Shown piece after piece: positions 23,568-35,200 of a stretch of 64,000 nucleotides of DNA; position 1 is the stretch's first letter; each line of letters starts with the position of its first letter. Under the pieces are notes generated by a model, which saw nothing but the letters and a program-made list of their open reading frames with translations, was not told the DNA's origin and made no database searches. The position numbers were made by a program, and so were the translations under genes. This DNA is from Lophium mytilinum (taxonomy: Eukaryota), in assembly GCA_010093605.1 (NCBI GenBank), contig MU004196.1:1510606-1574605 (forward strand), given 5' to 3'.

Positions 23568-25314
23568 CTACCCTACCAAAGAAGCAGCAAGCATAACAAG
23601 ACCACCAAACCCATCCATCCCCGAGCACCACTCCTCCCAACTTGCAGCACCCCTTGGCGGAGTACTGCCGTCTGAGGGCGTATAGAATAGTCTTGCATCA
23701 CTGCAAAATATCTGGCCTTCGTGTAATTGGACTAAGTCACCATTTGCAGCCAAACCAAAAGCAGTCTGAGCATCAGGGTCCCTCTCGCTTTCCGCCTTCC
23801 ACAGAGACTCGTCGTTCGCTTCCCATAGTTGTTTCTTAGCAGGCAGGGGTGCCAATATTAGGTCCTTTTGTAGATGGCACATCGCCGCTGGCTCAAAATA
23901 AACTAGCAGGTTTACGACACGATAGACCACGGCTAATCTTTGATTCGGTTAGTAAGTGTGCATTTACATCATTATTCAGTAGAACTCCAACCTTGTTCTT
24001 GATTCCTCATAAAGCCACTCTTTCCAGTTGTCTTCGAGACCGTAGTTGGATAGCGTAGACTCCTTGTCGCCTTGAATCATGTTGGCGAGTCGTTTAGCGA
24101 TTATCTACAAGATGTCATTAGATTCAAAGTAAGAGGCAAAAGACCGAAGCCAGACTTACAGCTACCGTTCCTAGTAGGAGAATGTCGAAGTTGTTGTAGT
24201 CTGTCTCCCCTTCATGCATCCTTATGAGGATGTAGATGGAGAGGGCTTGCATGCTAGCTAGCAGGCCCCATTTATTCAACGTTGCATGCTAGAGATACCC
24301 GTTAGTTCCTCTTAATTGCCTTGGAACCATTGCAAACCTGACGTACCTCTTCATGCAACCGCTCACATTCCAGCGCCACATTCTTCCAGAACAGCTTTCG
24401 ACTCCCGCGAACCCCGCCGCTGATCATATGGACCAAACTGATGCAGTTGGTCAATGGCTCCATGTGGTTATCCTCTTCATCGGAAGATATCAAACGCGGA
24501 TGGATGAAGGGTGGAAGAGTATTATGGCGCAGCATCGTTAGTGGATACGATTTCAGGGTATGAAAGATGAGATTGGCTATTCTTTGCGTTCCGGTTGTTA
24601 TCCTTTTACGCTGGGTGAGTGATCGGACTGCGAAGGTCGGTGATTTAGGTATTGATACGCTGAAAGATGGCATGGCTTGTCGTGTTCGAGCTGCCTGGTC
24701 ATTGGAAGGTGTTGAGTGCCGAACTAAAGACGAAGAACTTGACGAAGGGTATTGGACGGGTTCATCATTCGGCTGCGGATTTAAAAGGTCGGTGAAAGTG
24801 ATGTCATTGGCACTCCAATCAAAGTGCTCCCCTCCAACGTCTGCGAAGTCCAGGTCCGGTATGATAAGCGCGTTGTCCAGAATCATATCCCCGTCGTTGC
24901 TTGATTCTCGACGATCTTGGACACTGGAGGTTTCTGCCATCCGCAAAGGCTCTCTATTCCGCTGTTCAGTCGGAACATCATCGTTGTGCTGAACCCTTGC
25001 ACCCGTAACTTTGTCCTTGTTCGCTGGATAATGGCATTCGATGGCCTTAGCCATGCATCTCGAACATTGCGGCCTTTTCTTGTCGCACCGCGCTTTGGTC
25101 TTCGCACAACAAATACATGATCTGGACCGAGCAGTATTACCAACTCTTCGAGACCGACAGTAGTATCCATGTCTCTTCAGCGAAGATTCTAAGATAGCAT
25201 AGGGTAAGTATGGGCTAGTCGTTCCGCCACGAAGTAGGTCGTAGTAGGATGCAACTCACCTTTGTCAAACGGCTTGTTGCACTGGGCGCACCGCAGAACG
25301 TATTGCATATCCAT
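23568..25314 (-). CDS. Transcription factor with N-terminal C2H2-like (C2HC) finger plus Zn(II)2Cys6 cluster; multi-exon
   Basis: Spliced N-terminus MDMQYVLRCAQCNKPFDK|ESSLKRHGYYC..SCICCAKTKARCDKKRPQCSRCMAKAIEC; C-terminus LAPLPAKKQLWEA..WEEWCSGMDGFGGLVMLAASL. Confidence 0.88.
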
Positions 25315-25964
25315 TTCAAATTAGACCGCCGTAAATCATGGGTGATGGGACCGTTGACGGGAATCGCGAAGTGTAATGCCTAAGTGGAGGATGGATATAT
25401 TTGTCAGCATATGGTGGCGCCAATACCTGTTAGGACTAGGCCGTCGGGCGGGACAATTTGTATAGCGCCTCGTCATAGACATCCAACAGTCCCGCCAACA
25501 CCGTCTAGGATGGTCTGGCGAGTTTTATTGTTGTCCCAAATGTTATCCTTTCCTCCAACTCGAAACTCTTCATTCTATATGACGCATCACAAGCTGTGGC
25601 AGTAAGTGTACGGACTGTTGTTCTACGACGAGACATCCAAATGCGAAGTCTTCTAGAGCACTCTGCGTCGGGATTGAGATCAGTGTTTCGATCCGAGAAA
25701 TTTGCCAATGGCAAACATGTTTCATTTTCGAGGGCCCGGAAAACCCTCTCTGGAGATATTGAAATCGACCGTCCGGTATTTCATTACTTACTTTTGGCAA
25801 ATGTGTTGAGCACCCGGGATTCCCAAACTGCAAAGCAAAACTCCGTCCCTGAAACGAATTTGCAGCATCAGTGATATATAGTTAGGTACTGCTCCCTCAA
25901 AAACAAGTCTCTCATCAAACCATCGACCCAATATTCCCAATCATCCATACATATCTCAATCGCA

Positions 25965-26901
25965 ATGGCTCCTGCTCCCTATCCATCCCCAACCCCAACG
26001 TGGCACACGACCACATACCCATCCATATCTCCCACCCGCCCCGAGCTATCCGCCAAAGGCAAGAGTGTGCTAGTGACAGGAGGAGGCACTGGCATCGGCG
26101 CAGCGACTGCCCTTCACTTCGCCGAAGCAGGCGCGTCTCGAATCGCCCTCCTCGGCCGTCGGGAACAGCCTCTCCTCGACACGAAAGCAGCCATTGAGCA
26201 CAAATTCGCCGGCGTCGAGGTATTTATAGCCTCCACAGATGTCACCAAGAAGAGCGAAGTAGACGCAGCGTTTGCGAAGTTTGCTGGCGACCAGAAAATC
26301 GACGTTCTGCTCAGCAACGCCGCGATGACTGGGCCTCACGACGTCGTTACAGCAGATGCGGATGGAGTGGGGATGCTCGACGCCGTGCATCAAAATCTCT
26401 CGGGCTCGTTGTTCGTTGCGCAGGCATTTCTTCGCCACGCGGCGAAGGACTCGGTTGCTATCGATGTCAATTCCGCCGCTGCACATCTCAACTTCATTCC
26501 GAGCATGGCTTCGTATCATATCGCTAAGATAGCTGTATACCGGCTTTGGGATTTCCTTGCCTACACGAATCCGGACGTATCCGTTTTCCATATTCAGCCT
26601 GGTGTAGTAGACACTGATATGAATAGGAAAGCGGGGGGCGTCGCTACTGTCGGCCATTCCGATGACGGTGACTAAAACGCCGCGCTACGATGTGGAGTAT
26701 TGTGAAGCTGACTTTGACTCAGTTTCTCTGCCAGCGAGTTTCAACGTTTGGCTTGCAAGCCCCGAGGCGCGTTTCTTGAAGAACAAGTTTCTGTGGGTGA
26801 ATTGGGATGTGGACGAACTCAAGGCTCAAGCCAAAGAGATTGAAGCGAGTGCAAGGTTGAGTATTCAGGTTGTTGGATGGCCGTTTGAGAATGCCAGTTA
26901 G
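25965..26901 (+). CDS. Short-chain dehydrogenase/reductase; intron ~26668-26722
   Basis: TGGGTGIG Rossmann motif, SNAA, YHIAK (YxxxK), QPGVVDTDM, C-terminal WLASPEARFLKNKFLWVNWDVDEL. Confidence 0.93.
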
Positions 26902-27377
26902 AAGTTCGGAACTGCTACTAGTGCGTACTTGGTGTCATCGAGGGAAGAGAGCCGAATCAAGAAGTAGATTTCTGCGGATTTTGGCGACCAATATAGCGGC
27001 TTCTGCGAGCAAGCTGCCTCTGATAGTCATAAAATAGGATCACCTACTCCGTAAATCTGTCTTCTAGCCCTTTCCTTCTCTTACAGTGCCTTGCCATAGT
27101 TATCCGTACTGCTTCGTTCTTGCTTATCAAGGATTATTAGGCTGGTCGACGTCGTCACGAATGCATGAAGAAAGTGGATTGGGGTTTGAATGAATTTATC
27201 GGCTAAAGGAAGAGTTGCAGCGCTATTACTCCCCCTAAGCTATTATAGCGCTAGGATAAGTGGGTGTGTGATAGATGCAAGAGATGCCGTAGCAATCGAC
27301 GAAACGGGAAGTCGGAGTAAACGTTGACCAATCAAGCGAGTGTGAAGACGTGAGGCAAAGTAGGAACGCTATCTGCC

Positions 27378-28754
27378 TTACTCAAAGATCGTAAAGCTCT
27401 TGTATTGAGCGTGCTCACCTTTCGTGACCCAATCAAATTCGAAGGGCGCAAAGTCGTGGTGAACTTTCACTTGTTTCGCTGCAGCCTTCAAGACGTGCTC
27501 CGGGATCGTTGTCCCCTGTATTGAGCGTCCTGCATTGCGTCCCTCACGAGGGCTGATGATCCACAGTATTTCCAAATCAAGAACCTTGCCCAACTGGGTA
27601 AGCAATTCTGGCCACGTACCCTTTGCGAGAGTGACATAGGCCAATCCTAGCTTTCGGATACCACGAAGACCGTTTTCCTGTTCCGTAAAGATACGGAGGA
27701 TGTCTTCGACCCGCGTGTACAGGCCCAGGTCAAACGTCAAGCGTAGATCCCGGGGCTTGGGTAACGGAACGGTACCTAAAGCCGGGCCCTGGTGCCAGAG
27801 CGGATTGAAGAATTCCTTGTCATCGATATATCGGTGCTCTGGAACATAGTCGGCGTAAAGTGAGAGGTCCAGAGTCTGCAAATTGGGACACGAGCTGAGC
27901 AGATCTTGCACTACGATGCCGCCTTCCGCGAGCTGCTTGATGTTGCAACTGAGATTCTTCAAGTCCTTGAAGACTAATTCGCGGTACGCAGGGTCAATTG
28001 ATAGAAGATTTCTGGCGCTGATGGAGTGCCAATATGCTTCGTTCCCCGCAAATGGTGTTGCGAAAGTCTCCAACTTCAAGCCCGATGTGCTCAAGGCTGC
28101 GAATAGCTCCTTCAAATCGGGGGCGAATGAATCTCTGCTGTACAGATCGTCGTCTACACGCTCCCAAGACTGGATTTTCTTCTTCTTACCGATGCCCCAG
28201 TCAGTCACGTCAGACCATACGGTGCGTTCGGTCCATTGGCCAAAGTGTCGGTCTAGGGGGACGGGGTAATACCGAATATGACGGAGGCGAGGGAAGCGAG
28301 CTAGCAGGCCAGTGAGCTGCTTCAAGTACTTGCCTGACTCTCGGAATTGAGACTGTTCTCGGCCTCGCCTTAGGGCATCTTCCCATACCAGTCTCTGAGA
28401 CTGGACGTAGAAACGGCTTTTGTGGATCACTGCTCCGGTCGTAAATCGCACTCCGCAAAACGAAAGCGTTTCAATTTCTGTGGCAAATTTGCTCTCTGCG
28501 ATTGCTTGTAACGACCCCATGCTCTCTGGAGTGCTGTAGAATAGGGTTTCTTCAAGGACCTTTACGAACGCCTTCTCTAGCGCTGGCATACCTGGATAGT
28601 CAACCTGAGCCCTGCGAATCTCCTTCTTCGATATCTCGGAAAGGAGAGCTAGACGTTCATGGGGGCTTTTGGTGGGGGTTGCCCATTGTTCGACCTTTTG
28701 CTGGACAGCTTCAGGCAACAGTCCTGACATTTCAGCAGCATCGCTATATGCCAT
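27378..28754 (-). CDS. Hypothetical LRR/RNI-like protein, paralogue A
   Basis: 458-aa ORF with LRR-like motifs (FPRLRHI, LKNLSCNI, CPNLQTLDLSL, IRKLGLAYV). Aligns end to end with 31696..33255. An upstream intron-like segment at ~28823-28889 suggests additional 5' exon(s). Confidence 0.75.
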   Translation of the reverse strand: MAYSDAAEMSGLLPEAVQQKVEQWATPTKSPHERLALLSEISKKEIRRAQVDYPGMPALEKAFVKVLEETLFYSTPESMGSLQAIAESKFATEIETLSFCGVRFTTGAVIHKSRFYVQSQRLVWEDALRRGREQSQFRESGKYLKQLTGLLARFPRLRHIRYYPVPLDRHFGQWTERTVWSDVTDWGIGKKKKIQSWERVDDDLYSRDSFAPDLKELFAALSTSGLKLETFATPFAGNEAYWHSISARNLLSIDPAYRELVFKDLKNLSCNIKQLAEGGIVVQDLLSSCPNLQTLDLSLYADYVPEHRYIDDKEFFNPLWHQGPALGTVPLPKPRDLRLTFDLGLYTRVEDILRIFTEQENGLRGIRKLGLAYVTLAKGTWPELLTQLGKVLDLEILWIISPREGRNAGRSIQGTTIPEHVLKAAAKQVKVHHDFAPFEFDWVTKGEHAQYKSFTIFE

Positions 28755-29098
28755 GGTTGTGTGAGGCTGTGGACTTGAACTGTGTAGCTTTTGTGGAAAT
28801 TCCGGTATCGTGTCGAACGGGTTCTTGTGTGACGCAACGATTGCGATGGGAAGAGAATGTTAGCATACTATCGAAAGGTGGTGGACGTACTTATGTTCTG
28901 TAACCTTGCACAATGTGAGATCTTACAATGATTAAACATTGTTTGAACCTGGAATTTTACGAACAACAAAGTAGTTGGCCGCCGTCTGAAGTGGCTCCGC
29001 CAAATTCACGGCCTACACAGATGATCATTTCAATACTATTCAAAAGTCTGAAGGTTTATTGAAGCACCCGTGGCAGTAGCGTAATCATGTACACTCAC

Positions 29099-30378
29099 TT
29101 AGGATAAGAGAGCGTCATCCCATACTTGCCGACAGCTAATATTAAGCCTCTTGCTCCGCATATAGCCCTTCCACCGCTGATACTCCTTTGGGGTCTCACC
29201 GCCCTCTTTGACCGGCCACGCATGCAAGCTTTCAGGACAAGTTCCCGCCATAACCTTCGGCATCGCGTGCCATGCCCACCGCGTTGGTCCGTCCATCTGG
29301 ACTACATCCCCGCTTCGCACGCGTATCACGACCATAGGCTGTTCCGAGGCGTCCGATTCGGTTCGTTTCGAAGGACTGTACTGCGGAGGTACTTTAGCTC
29401 CGGCGCCAGTGCTACACTCTTCTTGAGTTGGATCCTCTTTCGCAATAATGAATAGTCCATCGCAGCCAAGCGTGAAGCTGGCTAGTCCTCTTGGACTCTC
29501 CTCGGAGACGTCGCGATGGACCGGCATGTAGTCTTTCGGACTGTAGAGTAGTACAACTCCTGATTCGGGCTTGAACGAGGCCTTGAAAAGAGTCGTGACG
29601 AGTTCGGCGATGTCGGCCGGGAAAGGAGTCGGGGAAGCAGGTGGGTAAGATCGCGTGCTCCAGTTGTATTGCGAACCGAGAGTCAGCCAGCGAAGCTTCT
29701 TCTGTAAGAATTGTGCTGTATTGAGTGTCTTGTGAGATGAGAGAGGATTGATGGGAACGAAAGCTGGATGTTTCTTATTCTGCGGGTAGGTGAAGAAAGA
29801 TGGCGAACATGTCGCGTCCACCGACTGCGGAGGATGCGGGATTGAATAGTCTTGACTAAGGTTATTTGTATGCAGTGGATTGGATAGCTCGCGGTGTAGG
29901 AGATGGTCAAGCATGAGCCATTGGCTTTCGGGAGGGAGAAGAGATGGGAACAAGCGGAGGCCTGGAGGTGTTAGATCGCGTGAGAAATCGTGCTTTGCGT
30001 ATCTGATAATCACCTGGAAATTCCTTATGCTCATAGACGGTACACGCTGGAGGAAGAACTTCTGCTTCGACAATGTCCCCGTTGGAAATTTTGCCGTGAT
30101 TCTTGAAGGCTTTTTCGGCGGAGGCAATTAATTCGGATGGAATGGTGTAAACGTGGATGAGTTGCGTTTTCTGATCTTCGGTCAACCCGCGGTTGAAGTC
30201 AATTATGTCAAGGTCTCCATCGACTGCCGCATCGTCAATCTTCTGGTACTTCCTATACATATTACATATTGGTTGCGGCGGCATGGCATGCGTATCATTG
30301 CCATTGATTCTCTACCAAGCCTTGTCAGGGAAGCGTAGAATACGTAGGGTATAGGCTTACGGCGTTTCCACTATCCAT
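29099..30378 (-). CDS. AlkB-family 2OG-Fe(II) dioxygenase (ALKBH1/Abh1-like); 3 exons
   Basis: LRWLTLGSQYNW, PVHRDVSE (HxD), RSGDVV..WAWHAMPKV, RLNISCRQ. Introns at ~30311-30360 and ~29962-30010; start at 30378 or further upstream (~30560). Confidence 0.9.
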
Positions 30379-31695
30379 GGTTTCTTTTCTCTTTTCTATT
30401 ACCTTGGTCGGCTGCACGTTCACTCCGCTGTGGAGCTTCCTGGGGACTCCCGCTCCGGCCAGTGGTAAGTCTATTAGCCGATACGAACGTCGCATCAACA
30501 CCCCTGGGATCGATGTGATGGCTCCTCTTGAAACTATAGCACCTAGTGTCTGCTTCGATGACATATGCTACCTTAAAAGTGAGGTTTGGTTTCCGAGGGA
30601 AATCCTTAGTGTCAGAGCTTGCGAGCGACTTGCGGAATATCTAAGCACGCTACACCGCTTAGGTTAGCGTCTGGAAACTTTAGTCTCCGACCGCTTTAGA
30701 CTTCCGCTCCTTTCTCGATCTATTTTTCATCATTATCTCGAGGTGCTGCAGATTTCCAATATTCTCAATACGAGCTGCCATAACTTTGGTACTGTCAGCG
30801 TGTTTTGGCCCACTTGAGAAACTTGAACAAGATGATGGTCGATTGTTTTGAGCAGGCTGTAAATCTGCTGAGCCAATTCAGACGGCGGCCAACTGCTTCA
30901 CTCAACGGAAAAGGCACGTTTGGATTGTAGCTAGATTGGCAAATTTCTTCGGAGTATTAACAATCAAGATGACCGAATTCACTATCTGTACACCTGCAGA
31001 GCGCTGCTTGAAGTCCCTCAACATCGCCAGGCCCCTCAAGCAGCCTCATCCACGTCCTGACACAGCCCCCTCTACTTTCGCGCCCGCTGTACTGTCATTG
31101 AATTGAGCCGCCCTCAACCACTCTTTCAACCACTGACGAGGACCACTCTCCCCATACGCCCTAGTTTATAGGTCCTGAAAATGACATTGCTAATCCCCGC
31201 TGTACGGTTTTGGACATCCTATTCTCAAGTTCCTCACCACGCCAAGCCACCTCAAACGCCAGCATCACACCAGCAACACACAGCACGAGACATCACGATA
31301 TGAAACACATATTCAAGAGAGAGAGAGAAACTGATTGATTCTCCGAAGGAACTACAGCTGAACCTTCATATCAGGACTAGAGTCTTCCACTTGGTGCAAA
31401 GGTCTTGTGTTGGTGAGTTGGCCAATGCAACCCGGAATCAGTGTCCATGTTTTCGAGTCTGGGCTAAACGATAAGTGACTGTTTCGGAACAATGACGGCC
31501 CGGTATAAAGTCATTCACCTCAGGTCATGCATGGAAGAGGCTATGCCGGACAGATTAAACCCTCGGACATTCTGGGAAGCACCAATCTCACTTACTAGCA
31601 TCACACCAACCCCGATCACCCACCCTACTCTGCAAAGCTGACGCTGCTCCATACATTCGACGTTTGACATCGTCAAGACCCACAGTACCTCAAGT

Positions 31696-33255
31696 ATGAA
31701 TCTATACTTGGCGGAAGCATGGCCCAATAAAGTTTGGAGGAGGGACAAGAAAGAGAAGTCCTCACAGGAAGCGACTCCAGCCGCTCCTTTGCGTCCTCAT
31801 GACCTTAGCATAGCGGCAAGATCCAATGACGACCTGGTTGACCTGGCCGCGGCTTTGCGGAAGGAAAGCCAGAAAGATCCCCACCATGAGCAACCACGAG
31901 AGACAATGCAGGCAAACATCGAGAAGTGGACTATACCAGAAGCAAATATCCACGAACGCCTCCTACTCTTGTCCGAAGCTTCGAAACAAGCAATCTGCAA
32001 GGCACGCGCCAACTATAAGGGTATGGGCGACATTCTCAACGAGCCCTTCATCAAGGTCTTGGAGCAGAAACTCTTCTACACGACCCCGTACAGCTTGGAC
32101 ATCTTGCGACAGATTTCAGAGAGCATATTTGCTGGCAGGATCACGACGCTATCTTTCTGTGGCCTTCAGTTCGCTACTGACGCCAAAACGCCAAGTCATT
32201 GGTACAATGGACTATTCACTAAGGAGGATAAACAGGATCTAAAGAAGAAAGACTGGAAGGAATGTAGACTCCGGGGCCAGGAGCAGGCCAAGCTCCAAAA
32301 TACCGTTCAATATGTCGAGGACCTTCGCACAGTATTAGCCAAGTTCACGAATCTCAAGCACATCCGATACTTTCCCACCTCACCGGATCGTGTAGGAGGC
32401 GGTTGGGTGAATATGCGAGTTCTCAACATTGACAAGTACTGGATTGGGTCAAGCATTGGGGAGACGAGCCGCGTTATGTGGGTGCGAGACGACAACTACC
32501 TCTACAGCACTCGAAATGGTGATCTGAAGGACCTCTTCGCTGCTCTCCACGGGGCCGGTACCAAGCTGGAATCCTTTACAACCCCTTCTTTCGGAAACCA
32601 GGCAGGTTGGGAGACGATTGGCGAGGGCCGTCTCGAAGTGGTTGATCTGAAGCATTTCGCTATAGTTTTCCAAGATTTGAAAGAGCTGCGCTTAAATCTG
32701 AGAAGCTCGGACTGCCTCAATAGGGGCCATGATATGAGGAAGATCCTCCGCGAATGCCCCAGATTGGAGATACTCGAGCTTTCTTTCTTTGCGGACGACG
32801 ACTCCGAAGACCCCGAGATCTTTAGGCCGCTCAATGTGGGTGGCGTAGGTCTAGGCGCAGTGCCACTGCCCCATCTCCAAGAGCTCCGACTAGCCTTCGA
32901 TGCCGGCATACGCACCGCAAAAGAAAACATCCTGGAGTTACTCAAGAGCCCCGGAGCTGGGCTGAGAAGTGTTCGCAAGCTAGGTTTAGCTTACATCACT
33001 CTCGATGGGGACGATTGGGACGAGTTGCTGCTCGAACTCTCTACTCTCTTGAAGCTAGAGGATTTGTGGTTGATCAGTCCTCGGAAAGGGTGGTGCCCAA
33101 AATCCTCTGAGGCAATGAAGTTTTCGAACGAGTTCCTTGGAGGAGTCGCGCGGAAAGTTCAGATCCATCACGATGAGCAGCCTTTCGTTGCTAAGAAGGA
33201 TTGGGTTAAACAAAATCAGCGTGTCCATTACAAAAGCTTTGCAATCTTCGACTAG
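31696..33255 (+). CDS. Hypothetical LRR/RNI-like protein, paralogue B
   Basis: 519-aa ORF sharing HERLxLLSE, KVLExxLFYxTP, TLSFCG, RKLGLAY, LWxISPR and terminal YKSFxIF(E/D) with paralogue A. Confidence 0.75.
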   Translation: MNLYLAEAWPNKVWRRDKKEKSSQEATPAAPLRPHDLSIAARSNDDLVDLAAALRKESQKDPHHEQPRETMQANIEKWTIPEANIHERLLLLSEASKQAICKARANYKGMGDILNEPFIKVLEQKLFYTTPYSLDILRQISESIFAGRITTLSFCGLQFATDAKTPSHWYNGLFTKEDKQDLKKKDWKECRLRGQEQAKLQNTVQYVEDLRTVLAKFTNLKHIRYFPTSPDRVGGGWVNMRVLNIDKYWIGSSIGETSRVMWVRDDNYLYSTRNGDLKDLFAALHGAGTKLESFTTPSFGNQAGWETIGEGRLEVVDLKHFAIVFQDLKELRLNLRSSDCLNRGHDMRKILRECPRLEILELSFFADDDSEDPEIFRPLNVGGVGLGAVPLPHLQELRLAFDAGIRTAKENILELLKSPGAGLRSVRKLGLAYITLDGDDWDELLLELSTLLKLEDLWLISPRKGWCPKSSEAMKFSNEFLGGVARKVQIHHDEQPFVAKKDWVKQNQRVHYKSFAIFD

Positions 33256-34249
33256 CATGTAGCCGCCGAGAGGAATATGATAGCTTATTCTACCGCCTCT
33301 AGGCTGGTAGAAAGTGTTAGAAGTTGATTTTCATAAGTTAGTAATGGATTCCTAAGTCCTACTGCTCGGTAGGTGATATTGACAGCTGTCTGGAGTGGTT
33401 CACCAAGTTTACAGATAGCGCAAATTGATAGATTCCGAGCTTGAGAGGATTATTGAGAATGCGTGAATCCCACTGATCAATGCCGCGGTAAGCATGAAGG
33501 CCACGAAAGAGAATATGGATTCCCATCTTGGGACCCCAAGATGGCCCATTATGTAATTACGTCTTTGTATACCGCCTTATTCTCCTTAGAAGCACGTGCC
33601 AAGCATATGGCACACACAGCAAGCATTCAGGTTCGCGCAGTCGTGCGTACACTTGTTTGCAACTGCTTGGATTGCTTCGACAGGCTTCTATAATGTCCAG
33701 AGCTCAGAGTTTCTATCTCCATTCTGGGTTGAAAAAAGCATTGAAGCGCCACAAACAGCGGTAAATAGGCGTATTACAAAGGCAGAATGCTTACGGAGTG
33801 CGCCACCTTTCCAAGCCCAGCGTGACGGGAAATCGGCAAGGGTTTGAGGCTTGAGCTGCAGCGTGACTGCTTCGAACCGCGAAGTTGAGAAGAAGAAGAA
33901 GAGTCTAAAATAGCAGCCGTTCTTGGCGGTACGGGAGAGCGGCAGGCAGGCACGTGTGGCGCGCATGCTTGCGCGTAAGGCTAAAAGCTAGATTTGTCGA
34001 ATTCAAAATAGCACAGAACGCTTAGCGTTTTTTTCTTAGCGCTCCTTACTAAAATTTATATAAGAATTGCAGGGAGCACTACCTAATTAAATATTAGCCT
34101 TTTAATATCCCCTATATAATAATAAGTAAGGTTTCTTACCTATACTATATAATTACTTACTAATATTTTTCTAGTATTTAGTAAGTCTTACTAATAAGCT
34201 TTTCTACACGCGTACTACCTAAATGCGCCGCTAGAATTAGTACTCTATA

Positions 34250-35200
34250 TCTACCTCTTAATACCTTAATATTATATATCTTCTTATACTAGGTTAGCCT
34301 ATAAAGAATATTACCTTATATATTTAAGTATTACTAGTAACTATCTATATAATACTATAGAACCTATTATAATTTAGTAGCGCTATTCTACTTTAATTTG
34401 CGTCGGCCGGGTAGCCTTAAAGGCTTACTTAGGCTAATAAGAATAAGGTTTTTTAGTAGCTACTAGAAGAAGGCTAGAGAGATTAGAATAAGATTATAAA
34501 GTAGCTTTTTCTAGAATATAGTATTAAAGTCTTATAGCCTACTATCTATTATATACTTAAATAGTATAAGTAGACTAGAAAGGCTATAAAGTATTAATTA
34601 GATAGGGCTAGCTATAAGCTTTAAAGCGGCTATCTTAAGAATCTTATATAGTATAAACCTAAGAATCTAGTTTTTCTTAATAAATCTATCTTTAATAAGA
34701 AGACTAGCTAGCGCTACTATATATATACGCCTATTAGCTAGCCTACCCGCTATAAGAATAATATAGCGCGTAGTAAGATATAGAGTATTTATACTATAAT
34801 AATACTTAAAGGTTAGCTACTATATACTAGAGTAAGAGAAGAATACTTTAATATAGAGAACTTCTATAACTAGATTCTTAATACGCTTCTACTAGCCCTC
34901 TAAGAAGAATTTAATAGGGCTATTAAGATAATTATACTTAATAATATTAATATATATATAGATATCTAGATTATTAATAAAATCTAGGCGCAGGGCTATA
35001 TTATAAAGTACCTGCCGCTATACTTATCTAATTTTAATCTAATTAAATTAACCTTTATAACTCTAAAGGTATAGATCTATTACTACTACTACTATCTATA
35101 CTCTATATATTATAACTTTAGTAACTTTCTATAGGCTATAATTAAGTATAGTTACTATAATAGGTTTATTTATAAGTAGTTCTACTATACTACTAGAGAT
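34250..35200 (+). pseudogene. RIP-degraded DD34E transposase (DDE_3, Tc1/IS630 family); boundaries approximate
   Basis: LVFLNKS (LVFLDES) at ~34670, IILNN (IVLDN) at ~34935, YLPLYLSNFNLIKL (YLPPYSPDFNPIEL) at ~35010-35050; 34 codons between the second D and the E. Confidence 0.85.

Noticed and set aside
5090..33885. GGTTCGA-like T-loop motifs (~5095, ~21538, ~33871) as tRNA genes
   Set aside because: No pairing T-stem, acceptor stem or A-box around them.
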